DNA of 64,000 nt, taken from NCBI RefSeq assembly GCF_009914755.1, contig NC_060932.1; one strand, 5' to 3'. Shown piece after piece: positions 1 through 16,985 of this stretch; within the stretch, counting starts at the first letter, position 1; each line of letters begins with the position of its first letter. The notes under the pieces are model-generated. The model saw only the letters and a list, made by a program, of their open reading frames with translations, was not told the origin of the DNA and made no database searches. The translations under genes and the position numbers were made by a program. The DNA is from the human T2T-CHM13v2.0 reference genome, Homo sapiens.

Positions 1-1400
1 AAAAAAACTGAAGAGGACGAAGGTAGATGTGTGAAGATCAGTTAACAGGCTACCACAGTAATTGAGAGCCAATGGTGAGAGCTAATGGTGGCCTAGACTG
101 GAGTGGTAATAGTTGGGCAATGAGAAGGAGTGCTGCATAGATATGTTGAAGATAGAGCTTGCAAGATTCGCTGATAGATTGGATTACAGTTGTGGAGGAC
201 AGATCAAGGATAACTCTGAATTTATTGGTTTGATAACTGGAAGGATAGACTAACAATTTTAATAGGGGTAGGGGAAAAATAGGAACAGTTTTTACATGTT
301 AAATTTGAAGGCGCTGATTAGATATCCAAGTAAAAACGTTAAATAGGAAGCCAGGGTCTGGTGTGCAGGTGAGAGTTCTGATCTAGAGATACGTACATTT
401 GTGAATCATCACTATGTATTTGCAGGCAGGAGACTGAGTGACATCTCCAAGGGAGTTGGCTATAGAGAGGAGATATTCAAGACAAATGACAGCAGATTTA
501 TGCACTGCTGGGAGAGACTCAGATAGAGGGGAATAGATGCTGCTGCTGAAAGGGAAGAATTACTCAATAAGGAATCACGGACTCTAATCCATAGCCCTAG
601 TTAAGGGCTGGCATTAGGAACACAGACAGCTTATACATAGGAATAGGGAAAAGAGTAGAGGATATGGGGATTAATGAAGGTAGGTATTTATATATGAAGA
701 TTATCAAAGTTCTCTTTTTATTGTTTCTGTCTTCTCAGTGAAATAGAAGCAAAGCCATCAGCTGAGAGGGACAGCAGTAGAGAAGGAGTTGGAAGTTTGA
801 GGAGAAAGGAGAAGGGATAGAATAGCTGTCTTAGAGAGTGGAAGATCAAATGGAATAGGTTAATCATATCATTGGCGAGCATCATTGCTTACTGGAGCTT
901 AGTGATCATGAGTCATGAATTAAAGTGAGAACACTTAGCATGGTTAAATGGTTTCTGAGCCAGGTTCAGCTTCCCTGGTTCAAGTGTGGAACAGATAAGC
1001 AGCTAGATTTAACCACTGTGACATAAGTTCAAAGTGTGATGAAGAAAGAGAGGGCAAGGGGTTTGAGGGCTTATTTGAGAGAGAGAGTATAATGATTGAT
1101 CCTAGATTTTAAGTGGGTAAGTTCAGTGAAGATATGAGAGGCAAGAGTCAATGAACAGGCAGTGCAATCAGTAGGGCCTGGAGGGTTCCAAGGATGGTTA
1201 CAATAAAGCTGCTAGGTTCACTGCAGCACAGAGAGTAGGTTCTTGGAATTGAGATTATACAGAGGTTGTAATTATTGGAAATTACAAGGTGGAGGTACCT
1301 ATGGAGTGAATAGCCAAAGCAGGGTGTTAAACAAGATAGTGGGAGGAGGGGAGGTCAAGGAACTGTGGAACCCGGGGGCTGGACTGATCATTTACATTCA
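1..1400 (-). mobile_element. LINE-2 (L2) relic, highly diverged
   Basis: Purine-rich tract with L2-antisense-like motifs (gctgatagattggatt...tcaaggataactc...caactggaaggat); boundaries approximate. Confidence 0.6.
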
Positions 1401-1419
1401 CCAGTATTTGCTTTTATGA

Positions 1420-3676
<2,257 letters not shown>

Positions 3677-3855
3677 TTATATTGATATTACTCTGTTTAG
3701 GTTTTTTTTTCCTTCAGTTTTTGTAGCTAATGCTTTCTTAGAAAATTATTCGTTTCGTCCAAGTTTTCAAATTTATTTGCTTGGTGTTAAGTAAAGTGAT
3801 TTATTATGAATCTTTTAAAATTTCCTCTGTTTCCTCTCTCCTTTGCCTGCTTTTA

Positions 3856-4919
<1,064 letters not shown>

Positions 4920-5164
4920 TTATTTAAAGTATTTTCACTTCATCTTTTTTCCCTGATTAGTTTTGCTAGTGGTTTATTTTACTTAAAAGATTATTTATTT
5001 AATTTTTACAATTTTTCTGTTTTCTAAATCAGAGTAAATTTTCCTTTTTTTTTAAAAAAAATAATTCCTTCCTTTTGTTTTCTATTGGTTTATTTTGATA
5101 TTCTTTTTCTCAATTTCTGAGTCATATTTTAAATATTTAAATGATTTTTCATTGACTTTTTAAA

Positions 5165-5515
5165 AAGTATACAGTCTTATGAGTTTTAACATGTATCTAC
5201 ATATACTGGTGAGACCATTACCAAAATCAAGATGACATTTAATTTTCATTACCCTGTTGTAATCCATCCTTTCTCCATCCCCATCCCCAGATAACCACTG
5301 ATATACTGCTTGTCACTGTCGGTCAGTTTACACTTTCTAGAATTCTATGTCATTGTAATCGTGCAGTCTGTACTCTTTTTCATCTGGCTTCTTTTACTTG
5401 GCATATTGATTTTGAGATACATTATTGTTGTTCATATCAATTGTTTGTTCCTTAATATTGCTGAGTAGTACACAGTTATATAGCTATACCAGAGGTTATA
5501 GAGGTTGTCCATTCA
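5165..5515 (-). mobile_element. L1MC/L1ME 3'-end fragment
   Basis: Antisense old-L1 3' UTR motifs (ataaccactgat, ttctagaatt, tctggcttctttt, attgctgagtagta). Confidence 0.65.
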
Positions 5516-5754
5516 CTTAATTAAATTAATTAATTAATTGTTTTAAACTTTTATTTTAGGTTCAGGAATACATGTGCAGGTTTGTTATATAGGTAAACTC
5601 ATGTCATGAGGGTTTGTTGTACAGATTATTTTGTCACCAGGTACTAAGCCTAGTACCCAATATTTTTTCTGATCCTCTCCCTCCTCTCACACTCCACTCT
5701 CCGATAGTCCTCAGTGTCTGTTGTTCCCTTTTGTGTCCATGTGTTCTCATCATT

Positions 5755-8700
5755 TAGCTCCCACTTATAAGTAAGACTATGTTGTATTTGGTTTTGTTTC
5801 TGCATTAGTTTGCTGAGGATAATGGCTTCCAACTACCTCTATGTCCCTGCAAAGGACATGATCTTGTTCCTTTTTATGACTGCATAGTATTCCATAGTGT
5901 ACATGTACCACATTTTCTTTATCCAATCTACCTTTGATGGACATTTAGGTTGATTCCATGTCTTTGCTATTGTGAATAGTGCTGCAATGAACATAGGGAT
6001 GCATGTGTCTTTATGATAGAATAATTTATATTTCTTTGGGTATGTTCCCAGTAATGGGATTGCTGGGTTAAATGATAGTTCTATTTTTAGCTTTTTGAGC
6101 AATTGCCACACTGCTTTCCACAATGGTTAAACTAATTTACACTCCCACCAACAGTGTATAAGTGTTCCCTTTTCTCTGCAACCTCACCAGCATCTGTTTT
6201 TTTTTGACTTTTTAATAATAGCCATTCTGACTGGTGTGAGATGGTATCTCATTGTGGCTTTGATTTGCATTTCTCTAATGATCAGTGATATCGATATTGA
6301 GCTTTCTTTTCTTTTCTTTTCTTTTCTTTTTTGAGAGACATGGTGTCGCTCTGTTGCCCAGGCTGCAGGGCAGTGTTGTGATCTCTTGATTGTAACTTCT
6401 GCCTCCCAAACTCAAGCAGTCTTCCCTCCTCAGCCTCCCAAGTGGCTGGGACTATAGGTTCGTGCCACCGCACCTAGCTAATTTTTGTATTTTTTTTGTA
6501 GAGATGGGGTTTCACCATGTTGCCCAGGCTGACACTGAACTCATGGACTCAAGAAATCTGCTAGCCTTGGGCTCCCAAAATGTTGGGATTACAGGCATGA
6601 GCCACTGTGCCCAGCCGAGCTTTTTTTCCTATGCTTGTTGGCTGCATGTATTTTTTTTTTTGAAAAGTGCCTGTTTATGTTCTTTGCCCACTTTTTAATG
6701 AAGTTATTTGTTTTTTTAATCTAAATTTGTGTAAGTTCTTGATAGATGGTGAATATTAGACCTTTGTCCGATGCATAGTTTGCAAATACTTTCTCCAATT
6801 CTGTAGGTGGTCTGTTTACTCTGTTGATAGTTCCTTTTGCTGTGCAGAAGCTCTTTAGTTTAATTAGATACCATTTGTCAATTTTTGCTTTTGTTGCAAA
6901 TGTTTTTGATGTCTTCATTATGAAATCTCTGTCCATTCCTGTGTCCAGAATGGTATTGCCTAGGTTGTCTTCCAGGATTTTTACAGTTTTGGGATTTGCA
7001 TTTAAGCCTTTAACCCATCTTGAATTGATTTTTGTATATGGTGTATGGAAAGGGTTCGGTTTCAATCTTCTGCATGTGGTTAGCCAGTTATTCCAGCATT
7101 ATTTATTGAATAGGGAGTCCTTTCCTCATTGCTTGCTTTTTTTCAGCTTTGTTACAGATCAGATGGTTATAGGTGTATAAGGCTGTAGCCTTATTTCTGG
7201 GCTCTCTATTGTGTTCCATTGGCCTCTGTGTCTGTTTTTGTACCACTGCCATGCTGTCTTGGTTACTGTAGTCCTGTAGTACAGTTTGAAGTCAGGTAAC
7301 ATGATGCCTCCTGCTTTGTTCTTTTATTTAGGATAGCCTTGGCTATTCAGGCCCTTTTCTGGTTCTCTATGAATTTTAGAATAGTTTTTTCCTGGTTCTG
7401 TGAAGAGTGTCATTGGTAGTTTGATAGGAATAGCATTGAATATGTAAATTGTTTAGGGCAGCATAGCCATTTTAATAATATTGATTGTTCCTATCCATGC
7501 ACATGGAATATTTTTCCATTTATTTGTTTCACCTCTGTTTCCTTGAGTTTGTAGTTCTCATTGTAGAGATCTTTCACCTCCCTGGTTAGCTGTATTCCTA
7601 GATATTTTATTCTCTTTGTGGCAATTGTGAATGAGATTGCATTCCCGATTTGGCTTTCAGTTTGTTCTTAGCTAGGAATGCTAGTGATTTTTGTACATTG
7701 ATTTTGTAATCTGAGACTTTGCTGAAGTTTTTTATCAGCTTTAGGAGCTTTTGGTCTGAGACTGTGGGGTTTTCTAGATATAGAATCATGTCATCTGGAA
7801 ACAAGGGTAGCTTGACTTCCTACCTTCATATTTGGATGCCCTTTATTTCTTTCTCCTGTCTGATTGTTCTGGCCAGGACTTCCAACACCATGTTGAATAG
7901 GAGTGGTGAGAGAGGGCATCTTTGTCTTGTGCTGATTTTTCAGGGGAATGCTTCCAGGTTTTGCCCATTCAGTATGATGTTGGCTGTGGGTTTGTCATAT
8001 ATGGTTCTTATTATTTTGAGGTATGTCCTTTCAATACCTAGTTTATTGAGAGTTTTTAACATGAAGGGATACTGAATTTTATTGAAAGCCTTTTCTGCAT
8101 CTTTTGAGATAATCATGTGGTTTTTGTTGTTAGTTCTGTTTATATGATGAATCACATTAATTGATTTGTGTATGTTGCACCAACCTTGCATCCCAGGAAT
8201 AAAGCCTACTTGATCATGGTGGATTAGCTTTTTGATGTGTTGCTGAATTCAGTTTGCTAGTATTATGTTGAGGATTTTTGCATCAATGTTCATCGAGGAT
8301 TTTGGCCTTCAGTTTTCTTTTTTGGTTGTGTTTCCGCCAGGCTTTTGTAGCAGAATGATGATGGCCTTATAGAATGAGTTGGGGAGGGATCCCTTCTCAA
8401 TTTTTTGGAATGGTTTCAGTAGAAATGGTACCAGCTCTTTTGTACATCTGGTAAAATTCAGCTGTGAATCCATCTGGTCCTGGGCTTTTTTTGGTTGGTA
8501 GGCTATTTATTACTGATTCAATTTTGGCGCTCATTGTTGGTCTGTTCAGTCTTCCTGGTTCAGTATTGGGACAGTTTATGTGTCCAGGAGTTTATCCATT
8601 TCCTCTAGATTTTGTAGTTTGTGTGCATAGAGGTGTTCATAATATTCTCTAATAGTTATTTGTATATCTGTGGGGTCAGTGGTATTATCTCCTTTGTCAT

Positions 8701-9888
8701 TTCTAATTGTGTTTATTTTGATCTTCTCGCTTTTCTTTTTTATTAATATAGCTAGCAGTCTATCTATCTTATTATTATTTTTTTTCAAAAACCAACTCCT
8801 GGCTTTGTTGATCTTTTGAATGGATTTTTTTGTGTCTCAGTGTCCTTTGGTTAAGCTCTGATTTTGCTTATTCCTTGTCTCTGCTAGCTTTGGGGTTGGT
8901 TTGCTCTTGCTTCTCTGGTTCTTTTAGTTGTGATATTAGGTTGTTAACTTGAGATCTTTCTAACTTTTTGATATAGGCATTTAGTGCCATAAATTTTCCT
9001 TTTAACACTTCCTTAGCTGTGTCACAGAGATTTTGGTATATTGTATCTTTGTTCTCATTAGTTTCAAATAACTTCTTGATTCCTGCCTTAATCTCATTAT
9101 TTATCTAAAAGTCTTTTAGGAACAGGTTTTTAAATTTCCATGTAATTGTATGGTTTTGAGCTACTTTTTTAGTCTTGAATGTTATTTTTATTGCCCTGTG
9201 GTCTGAAAGAGTTGTTGGTATGATCTTGCTTCTTTTGCATTTGCTGAGGATTGTTTTTTGTCTGATTGTGTGGTTGATTTTGGTATGTACCATGTGGCAA
9301 TGAGAAGAATGTATATTCTGTTGTTTTTGGGTGAAGAGTTCTGTAGATGTCTATTAGATCCATTTGGTCCAGTGTTAAGTTCAGGTCCTGAATATCTTTG
9401 TTAATTTTCTGACTCAATGATCTGTCTAATACTGTCAATGGGGTGTTGAATTCTCTCATTATTATTGTGTGGGAGTCTAAGTCTCTTTGAAGATCTCTAA
9501 GAACTTCCTTCATGAATTTGGGTGCTTCTGTGTTGGGTGCATATATATTTAAGATGGTTAGGTCTTCTTGCTGAATTGAACCCTTCACCACTTGTAATAC
9601 CCTTCTTTGTCTTTTTTGATATTTGTTGATTTAAAGTCTGTTTTGTCTGAAATTAGGATTGCAACCCCTTTATTATTTTTCTGTTTTCCTCTTGGTTGGC
9701 AGATTTTTCTCCATCCCTTTATTTTGAGCCTATGTGTGTCATTGCATGTGAAATGGGTCTCTTGAAGACAACATACGATTGGGTATTTCTTCTTTATCCA
9801 GCTTGCCACTCTGTGCCTTTTAATCAGGATATTTATGCCATTTACATTCAAGGTTAGTATTGATATGTGTGGATTTGATCCTGTTATT
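5755..9888 (-). pseudogene. L1 ORF2 (endonuclease/reverse transcriptase), disrupted by stops, frameshifts and an Alu
   Basis: EN motifs NVNG, CCLQETH, LNIYAPN, SDH; RT motifs [24 protein letters not shown] (FADD mutated) in ORF-track fragments. Confidence 0.92.
6306..6616 (-). mobile_element. AluJ inserted in L1 ORF2
   Basis: Diverged antisense Alu with J-type ctcaag in both arms; (CTTTT)n tail; short TSD gagcttt at 6299-6305 and 6617-6623. Confidence 0.88.
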
Positions 9889-9894
9889 GTGTCA

Positions 9895-10890
9895 TTAGCT
9901 GATTATTATGTCATCTTGTTTGTGTGGTTGCTTTATAGTGTCAATGGTCTGTGTATTCATGTGTTTTTGCAGTGGCCGATAATGGTCTTTCCTATTCATA
10001 TTTAGCACTTCTTTCAGGCGCTCTTGTAAGGCAGGTCTGGTGGTAACAAATTCCTTCAGAATTTGCTCATCTGAAAAAGATTTTAGTTCTCCTTTGCTTA
10101 TGAAGCTTAGTCTGGCAGGATATGAAAGCTGTGGTTGGAATTTCTTTGCTTTAAGAATGTTGAATATAGGCCCCCAATCTTTTCTGGCTTGTAGGGTTTC
10201 TGCTGAGAGGTCTACTGTTAGCCTGATAGGCTTCCCTTTGTATATGACCTGTCCTTTCTCTCTTGCTGCCTTTAACATTTTTTCTTTCATTTTGAGCTTG
10301 GAGAGTCTGATGATTATATGTCTTCATGATGGCCTTCTTGTGAAGTATTTTGTGAGGGTTCTCTGAATTTTCTGAACTTGAATATTTGCCATTCTAGCTA
10401 TGTTGGGGAAGTTCTCATGGATAATATCCTGAAATATGTCTTTCAAATTGCATCCATTCTCCTCATCTCTTTCAGGGATACAAATGAGTCATAATTTGGT
10501 CTCTTTACATAATCCTGTATTTCTCAGAGGTTCTGTTTGTCCCTTTGCATTCTGTTCTCTTTATTTTTGTCTGACTGCCTTATTTCAGAAAGCCGGTGTT
10601 CAGTCTCTGAGATTGTTTCCTTATCTTGGTCTATCATTCTGTTAATACTTGTGATTGCATTATGAAGTTTTTGTAGTGTGTTTTTCAGCTCTATCAGGTC
10701 AGTTACATTCTTTTCTCTACTGGCTATTTTGTCTGTCAGCTCCTGTATCACTTTATTAGGATTCTTAGCTCCCTTAGATTGGGTTTCAACGTTTTCTTGA
10801 ACCTCAGTGATCTTCATCCCCAACCAGATTCCATATTTTTGATTCCATTGTTATTGTTTCAGCCATCTCAGCCTGGTTAAGTACCTTTGC
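9895..10890 (-). pseudogene. L1 ORF1 (RNA-binding chaperone), disrupted
   Basis: ORFs 9895-10290 (KEKMLKAAREKGQVIYKGKPIRLTVDLSAETLQARKDW...YPARLSF) and 10524-10823 (coiled-coil region). Confidence 0.92.
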
Positions 10891-13099
10891 TGGAATACTA
10901 GTGCAGTTGCTTGGAGGAAAGAAGGCACTCTGGTTTTTTGAGTTGTCAGAGTTCTTGTGCTGGTTCTTTCTCATCTTTGTGGGCTAATATTCCTTCAATC
11001 TTTGAAGTTGCTGTCCTTTGGATGGTTTTTTTTTTTAATTCTATTTGATGACCTTGGGGGTTTGTGGTATAAAGTGAACTCAGTCAACTGGCTTTGTTAT
11101 TGGAAGATTTTAGGGGGCCAAGGCTCAGCTCAGGACTCCTAGGCTGTATTCTCTAACCCTGGGGTACTGATATCAAGACTGGCTTTGTTCTCTGGCTCCT
11201 TAAGGTTAGAAACCTGCTGTGTTGGAGGGGCCCAGGTACTCCCAGACTGCTGGTCACAACACTCTAATGGGTGGTGCCAGCCAAAGCACTTCAAAGGGCA
11301 GTGGCAGTGGAATCTGTCTTCATTCACATATACCAGCAACAGTGGCAAGGGCAGTGCAGTGCACTGCACACTCATCAGCTGGGGCAAGGTGCTAGTATGT
11401 GCTGGGGTACTGGCTTTCATGTGGATGTTCACAGTAGTCGCATTAGCAGCATGGTTGGGGTGGTGCTGTCCCCTTCACCAGCTACTGGGTGTCCGTTCTT
11501 GCTGATGGTGGTGTTAGGATAGAGGCAGGGCACTAGTGGGAGCAGGACAGTGTGTATCCTATGCGCACATTCGAGTCAGTGGCAGTGACTGTTCAGAGCC
11601 AGGACGGCTTTACTGTTCTTTTTGCCTAGTTTTGTGCTGGCAGCAGTGTTAGCACAGGCACAGGGTGCTGGTGGGGTGGTGGGGGTGGGGAGCAGCTAGT
11701 AGGGGTGGGGCTGGTAGGTTCCCTGCCTGCCAACAGACAACAATGGCAGTGTGGCAAGGGGAGAGGGGCAGAGTGCCCTCACACTGGCAGCAGTGACACG
11801 GTCAGGTGCACGTGCACACATGTGTTGGTGGGGAAGGAAAAGTAAGGTCCACTGGTGCACAGCTGTGCCGGCCAAGGGATGTTGGGGGTGGCCGTGGTTG
11901 AGTGTATGCAGGCAAAGTGGCAGGTGGGAGGCTGCAGTACAGGGAGGGCGTGGGTAGGCTGGTGTGTGTCTATGGGGGCTTCTCTGCTGGTACACTCTAC
12001 CAGTCAGGTGTGGTCAGCCAGCACAGGAGCTATGATGTGGGCCCCCAGGAGCTACCTGGAGGCTGCACCGCAAGCAGGCATGGCCAAGCTGGGGCCCCAG
12101 GAGATGCCAGCAGACTGAGGGGTGCTCAGGTCAGACTGGCCCCATCTTGCAGGTAGTACCATCCTGCAGAGTTCAGATCTAACTTTTCCCCTAAGACTAA
12201 AAGTCTCCTAGGCACAAGTCCAGCCTAGGGGAATGGGTGTCCCTGGCTGTGCTCCACTGTAGCCACTCCCACACCAGACCCTCTGGGCTCCGCACCAGCT
12301 GGAGTTCTGCCCCTACCACTTGTCTAAGCAGTTCTCCCTGACAACTCAAGTGTGTGTGGTGGCTAAGGGGTCTCCTCCTGCCAGGATGCCGGAGGACTAT
12401 GGTGAGAGTGGTTGCTCTTGCCAGTTCAACTCACCTCTTCCCCAGGAGTCACTGTGGACCAGGAACAAATTCCAGTGCATGGTAGCCTTGTACAGGGTTC
12501 CCAGCTTCCTCCCCTTTCAACTCAGCATCTGTGTCTTCCCTCCATTCACCCTCAATGCTTTCCCTGTGAAGATCTGCTGGGAGTGCACCAGTCTTTCTGA
12601 TGTTGTGGTCCCTTAGTGGAAGATACTCCTCCTGATTGAGTTTAGTCAGCCATCTTGGTGACATAAGTTAAATGCCGAAATTTTTTTCTAAGCAATGTTT
12701 TAGCTGCACTTTACAGACCTTATAATAGTGTTGTTATTATTATTACTTTCTTGAAATTTTGCTTACTGGTTTAAAATTTCCAGGTAGAAGACCTTTCTGT
12801 TATTTGGTTTTGTATTTAATTTCTACTTTTATTGCCTTCAAAAGGATATTCTGTATTTTTAAGGCAGATAGTTCAATAAATATTAATCAAGTCTACTTTA
12901 TAATTATATTATTTAGATATTTTATGTCCTTACCTATTTTTCCCACTTAGCTTTCATGGACTGACAAGTGGAAATTAAAATCTCCTAATTATAAAAGTGT
13001 TTCTATTTATCTTTATTTCCTATAATTTCTTTTTTATGAATGTTGCTTCTATGTTAAATGATATTTTTACCTGCAATTTTTAAAAGATTAAATGAAATC

Positions 13100-13915
<816 letters not shown>

Positions 13916-14554
13916 AACTGTACTGTCACTCTAGGAGTTGGGTTGTGGAATAAAGAGGTTACTTCCAGGATGACTATTCAGAAGTTCAGGAAATGGATAC
14001 TAAAGGTCTGAACTAGAATATTGGTTGCACAGGCAGAGAAACGTTAAGCATCATTTGCTTTTGGCAAGTGAGAGGAAATGAGGAACTGAAGACTCCTTAG
14101 TCTATGATTTCTTGTTTGGATGATGTGTGAATGGTATTGTCATTGTCAGTCATAAAAGGAAGTTGTTGCCTTACAGAAGCTCCTAGCTTCCTTACTGTCT
14201 TCCTCTATCTATGTGTTGGTCAAATTTGAAATCACAAAATTGAGTCACATTTCTAGAAGTCAACTTTTAATGTCAAGTATGAAAAATAATCTTGTCCTAG
14301 ATAATTACACTGTGTCTTTTGAGCTTTCTTCTGTTTCTTATTAAACCTATTCCAATTCTTCACTTTGGAATAGAAGATTTGGGCAATAGGGTGGAAGTTG
14401 GCAGAACAGACCTGTTCTCCTATATTTGTTTTAAGCCATTCAGGTAATGGAATTCATCTTGGATCCAGTAGAACTTCCTGGGAATCTAAGACTGTATCCT
14501 GATTGCAATAAAGCATTGTTGGGGGTCTTAGTTTGTTTTGGGAAAAAACTAGTA

Positions 14555-14810
14555 GTTGATATTTATAGAGTACTTACAATGTATCCTGAGTACTTTATGT
14601 ATTTTAAATGATTTAATCCTTATAATTTTATAATAATCCATTTAGGGAGCTAATATTACCATTTTCATTTAACAGTTGAAGAAACTGTGACACTGAGAGG
14701 TTACCAAGCTAGTGGACATTGAAATCAGAATGCCTGGGATTGGGTTTTAGCTCTGTCACAGACTAGCTGCCTTTGGGGCACCCAGTGCATTTGGACGCTA
14801 GTAAAAATAA
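14555..14810. mobile_element. Two adjacent MIR fragments in opposite orientation
   Basis: atttaatcct...gaagaaactgtgacactgagaggtt (minus), then aatcagaatgcctggg...ctctgtcac...ctagctg (plus). Confidence 0.55.
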
Positions 14811-16464
14811 TTAGAAGTAATGGTTCTCAGAACAGTGCCTTCAGCCAGGGCAGGGCTAAGCCAGGTCAGTTCTACTACCTTCTAGGATGGCACTTGGAAT
14901 AGCTGCAGTAATGGCATCTACAAAATTTGGTTACTAGTATATAGACAATATATCATTCCTGACATTGTAGTCCTAAAGTCTGTTCTTTGACTATGTTGGC
15001 CTTATCTTGTGAAGTCCATGCCTTATTGTAGAGATTTTTCTTCCTATAACTAAAAATAAGACAGGGATTATTTGCCTACATCAGTGTAATAAAGTTCTAC
15101 CTTCTTCTATCTCACTTCTTTGAATTGCTGCTCTCCAGACAAACCTTCATTTTGGGCAATAACAACTCCCTTTCTAATAAGTTGTTCACCCCTGTGGCTT
15201 TGTTTTGGTCTGACTGGAGCTAGGCCAGTTCAGATTTGCTCATTACTCTGGAGGCTAAAACCAAAAATTGGCTCCTCAGTGTATTATTAACTAAAATAAG
15301 CTTCTCTTCTCTTGAATAATTTTCCTATTAATAATAAAAAACACCAGTGCACAATAAGGAGAAGGGGGCTAAAAAGCTTGAAAACTGCTGGGAAAATACC
15401 CAATTTTTTGTTTGTTATGGTTGATGATGGAAATGGATTACATAACTTACCATCATTTATTTTAAACAGGCTAGACAAAGGAATAAAACAATGGGGATAT
15501 AGACATGGGAGTTGGTCTTTAGCAGGGGAGGAGTCTAAAAGAGAAATCTGGTGTAATGGAGATAGACTTTTTGTGGTATGAGGTGGAATGGGGATAAAGG
15601 AGCAGTACGGTGGTGAAGGGGGAAGGACTTTCTGTTAGACTTCCCACATGCTTCTCAAACCAAACTGAAGGGTTTTTTTTGGGGGGGGGGTCATCTTTCT
15701 TCCAGGATCAAGTAGCTTAATTTGACACTATTTGCCTCATTTACATTCTTATGTTATTCTCAGCAGCAGCATCAAACCTATGGAGTTCACGATTCCTTCA
15801 GGCAAAAGTGGCAGCTCCCATGTGATAAGGAATATAGTTCCTCAGTATTTGGCCTCCATGAATATATCAGCAAATTATCCCTATGCAAGGATCCAATATG
15901 GCTTTCCAGGGGCCTATCACCTCTACTTCCTCTTCTGATCTTGAGGAATTACTAGGAATTTGTTTCATTTACTTAGTTTTCACATTGTATTCCAGATTTT
16001 CTGTCTATAGATGGGCAGGGCATCAACTACTTGTGTGAGAAGATGTGTTATGTGGCATGGTTAAAAAACAAAACAAAAATGGTTAAAAAATGAAAAAAAA
16101 TGAAACAAAAAATGTTTAGATGATTGGGCATTCCTTTAATATGGACACATCCAAAAGTATCACCTGGACTGCTTGTTTCTTTCCTCCTTTAGAAGTTGTT
16201 CATTTGGAAGCAACGTTTCCAGGTTTCTTTCTCCACGACACATGCATATGACAGCCTCTCTTTCCTTATTGTAAGTGAGAAAGGCACACTTACTGGATAA
16301 ATAGAAATATTTGAGCCTGTGATTCTGGGTAGAAACAACTTTTAACAGAACTTTGGTGTGAAATGATGTGATTTTCATTACAATTAGTTTCTCCTTTCTA
16401 CACTCTCTGTGACACTAAGTACCTGATGCTCTTGTGCTCTTTCCTCTGTTTTAACAAATGCTCA

Positions 16465-16722
16465 TAGAGGCAGTACAGTGTAGGAGTTACAGACATGGGC
16501 TCTGGAGTCAGACTTCCTGGACTTGAATTCTGCTTGTGCCATTTGCTGGCTGTGTAACTTGAATAAGTTACTTAACTGCTGCAAGCCCTGGCAGCTTAAT
16601 CTTAAAATGAAAGTAAACTCTGTTCTACTTTATGAGGTTGTTTCTGATCACAATAAATGAATGAGACCATAGAGCTAGTGCTCTGCTGGACACACAGTTA
16701 GAGTTCTATGTGTAAGTAATTA
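16465..16722 (+). mobile_element. MIR SINE
   Basis: gggctctggagtcagacttcctgg...gctgtgtaacttgaataagttacttaac core. Confidence 0.8.
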
Positions 16723-16918
16723 TTATTGGGCATTAATTAGATCAATAAGACACTGAGCTAAGGCCTTGAGGAATAGAAAGAGTTATAACATTCCATCAAA
16801 TGCTCAGAGTTTATATTCTTACAGAGGAATAAGATAAACACACAATAACAGTAGGCAGCATATAATGAGGGTAGACATTTGAACCATAGTTTTTCAGAAT
16901 AAGGCTTTACACAGACTA

Positions 16919-16985
16919 TTAGGTTGGTGCAAAAGTAATTGTGTTTCTTGTGGCAAGAACCGCTATTACTTTTGCACCAACCAAA
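16919..16985. mobile_element. MADE1 (Hsmar1-derived palindromic MITE) with shortened loop
   Basis: Hsmar1 TIR ttaggttggtgcaaaagtaatt and its reverse complement attacttttgcaccaacc; TA duplication at 16917-16918 and 16986-16987. Confidence 0.95.

Larger units (their letters stand above)
5517..12660 (-). mobile_element. Full-length decayed L1 (L1PA13-16 type) with GC-rich 5' UTR (~10900-12660), ORF1, ORF2 and 3' UTR
   Basis: Collinear ORF1/ORF2 peptide fragments; L1 5' start motif ccaagatggctgacta on the minus strand at ~12645-12658; L1PA13-16-type 3' UTR with a (TTAA)n-like tail. Confidence 0.92.

Noticed and set aside
11139-12664. Cluster of overlapping ORFs on both strands in GC-rich DNA, suggesting a gene or CpG island
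   Set aside because: Lies in the 5' UTR of the full-length L1; CpG-depleted, and long ORFs are expected from the higher GC content.
16058-16118. Short A-rich repeats (atggttaaaaaa x2, aaaaatgaaa x2)
   Set aside because: Low-complexity slippage with no further structure.
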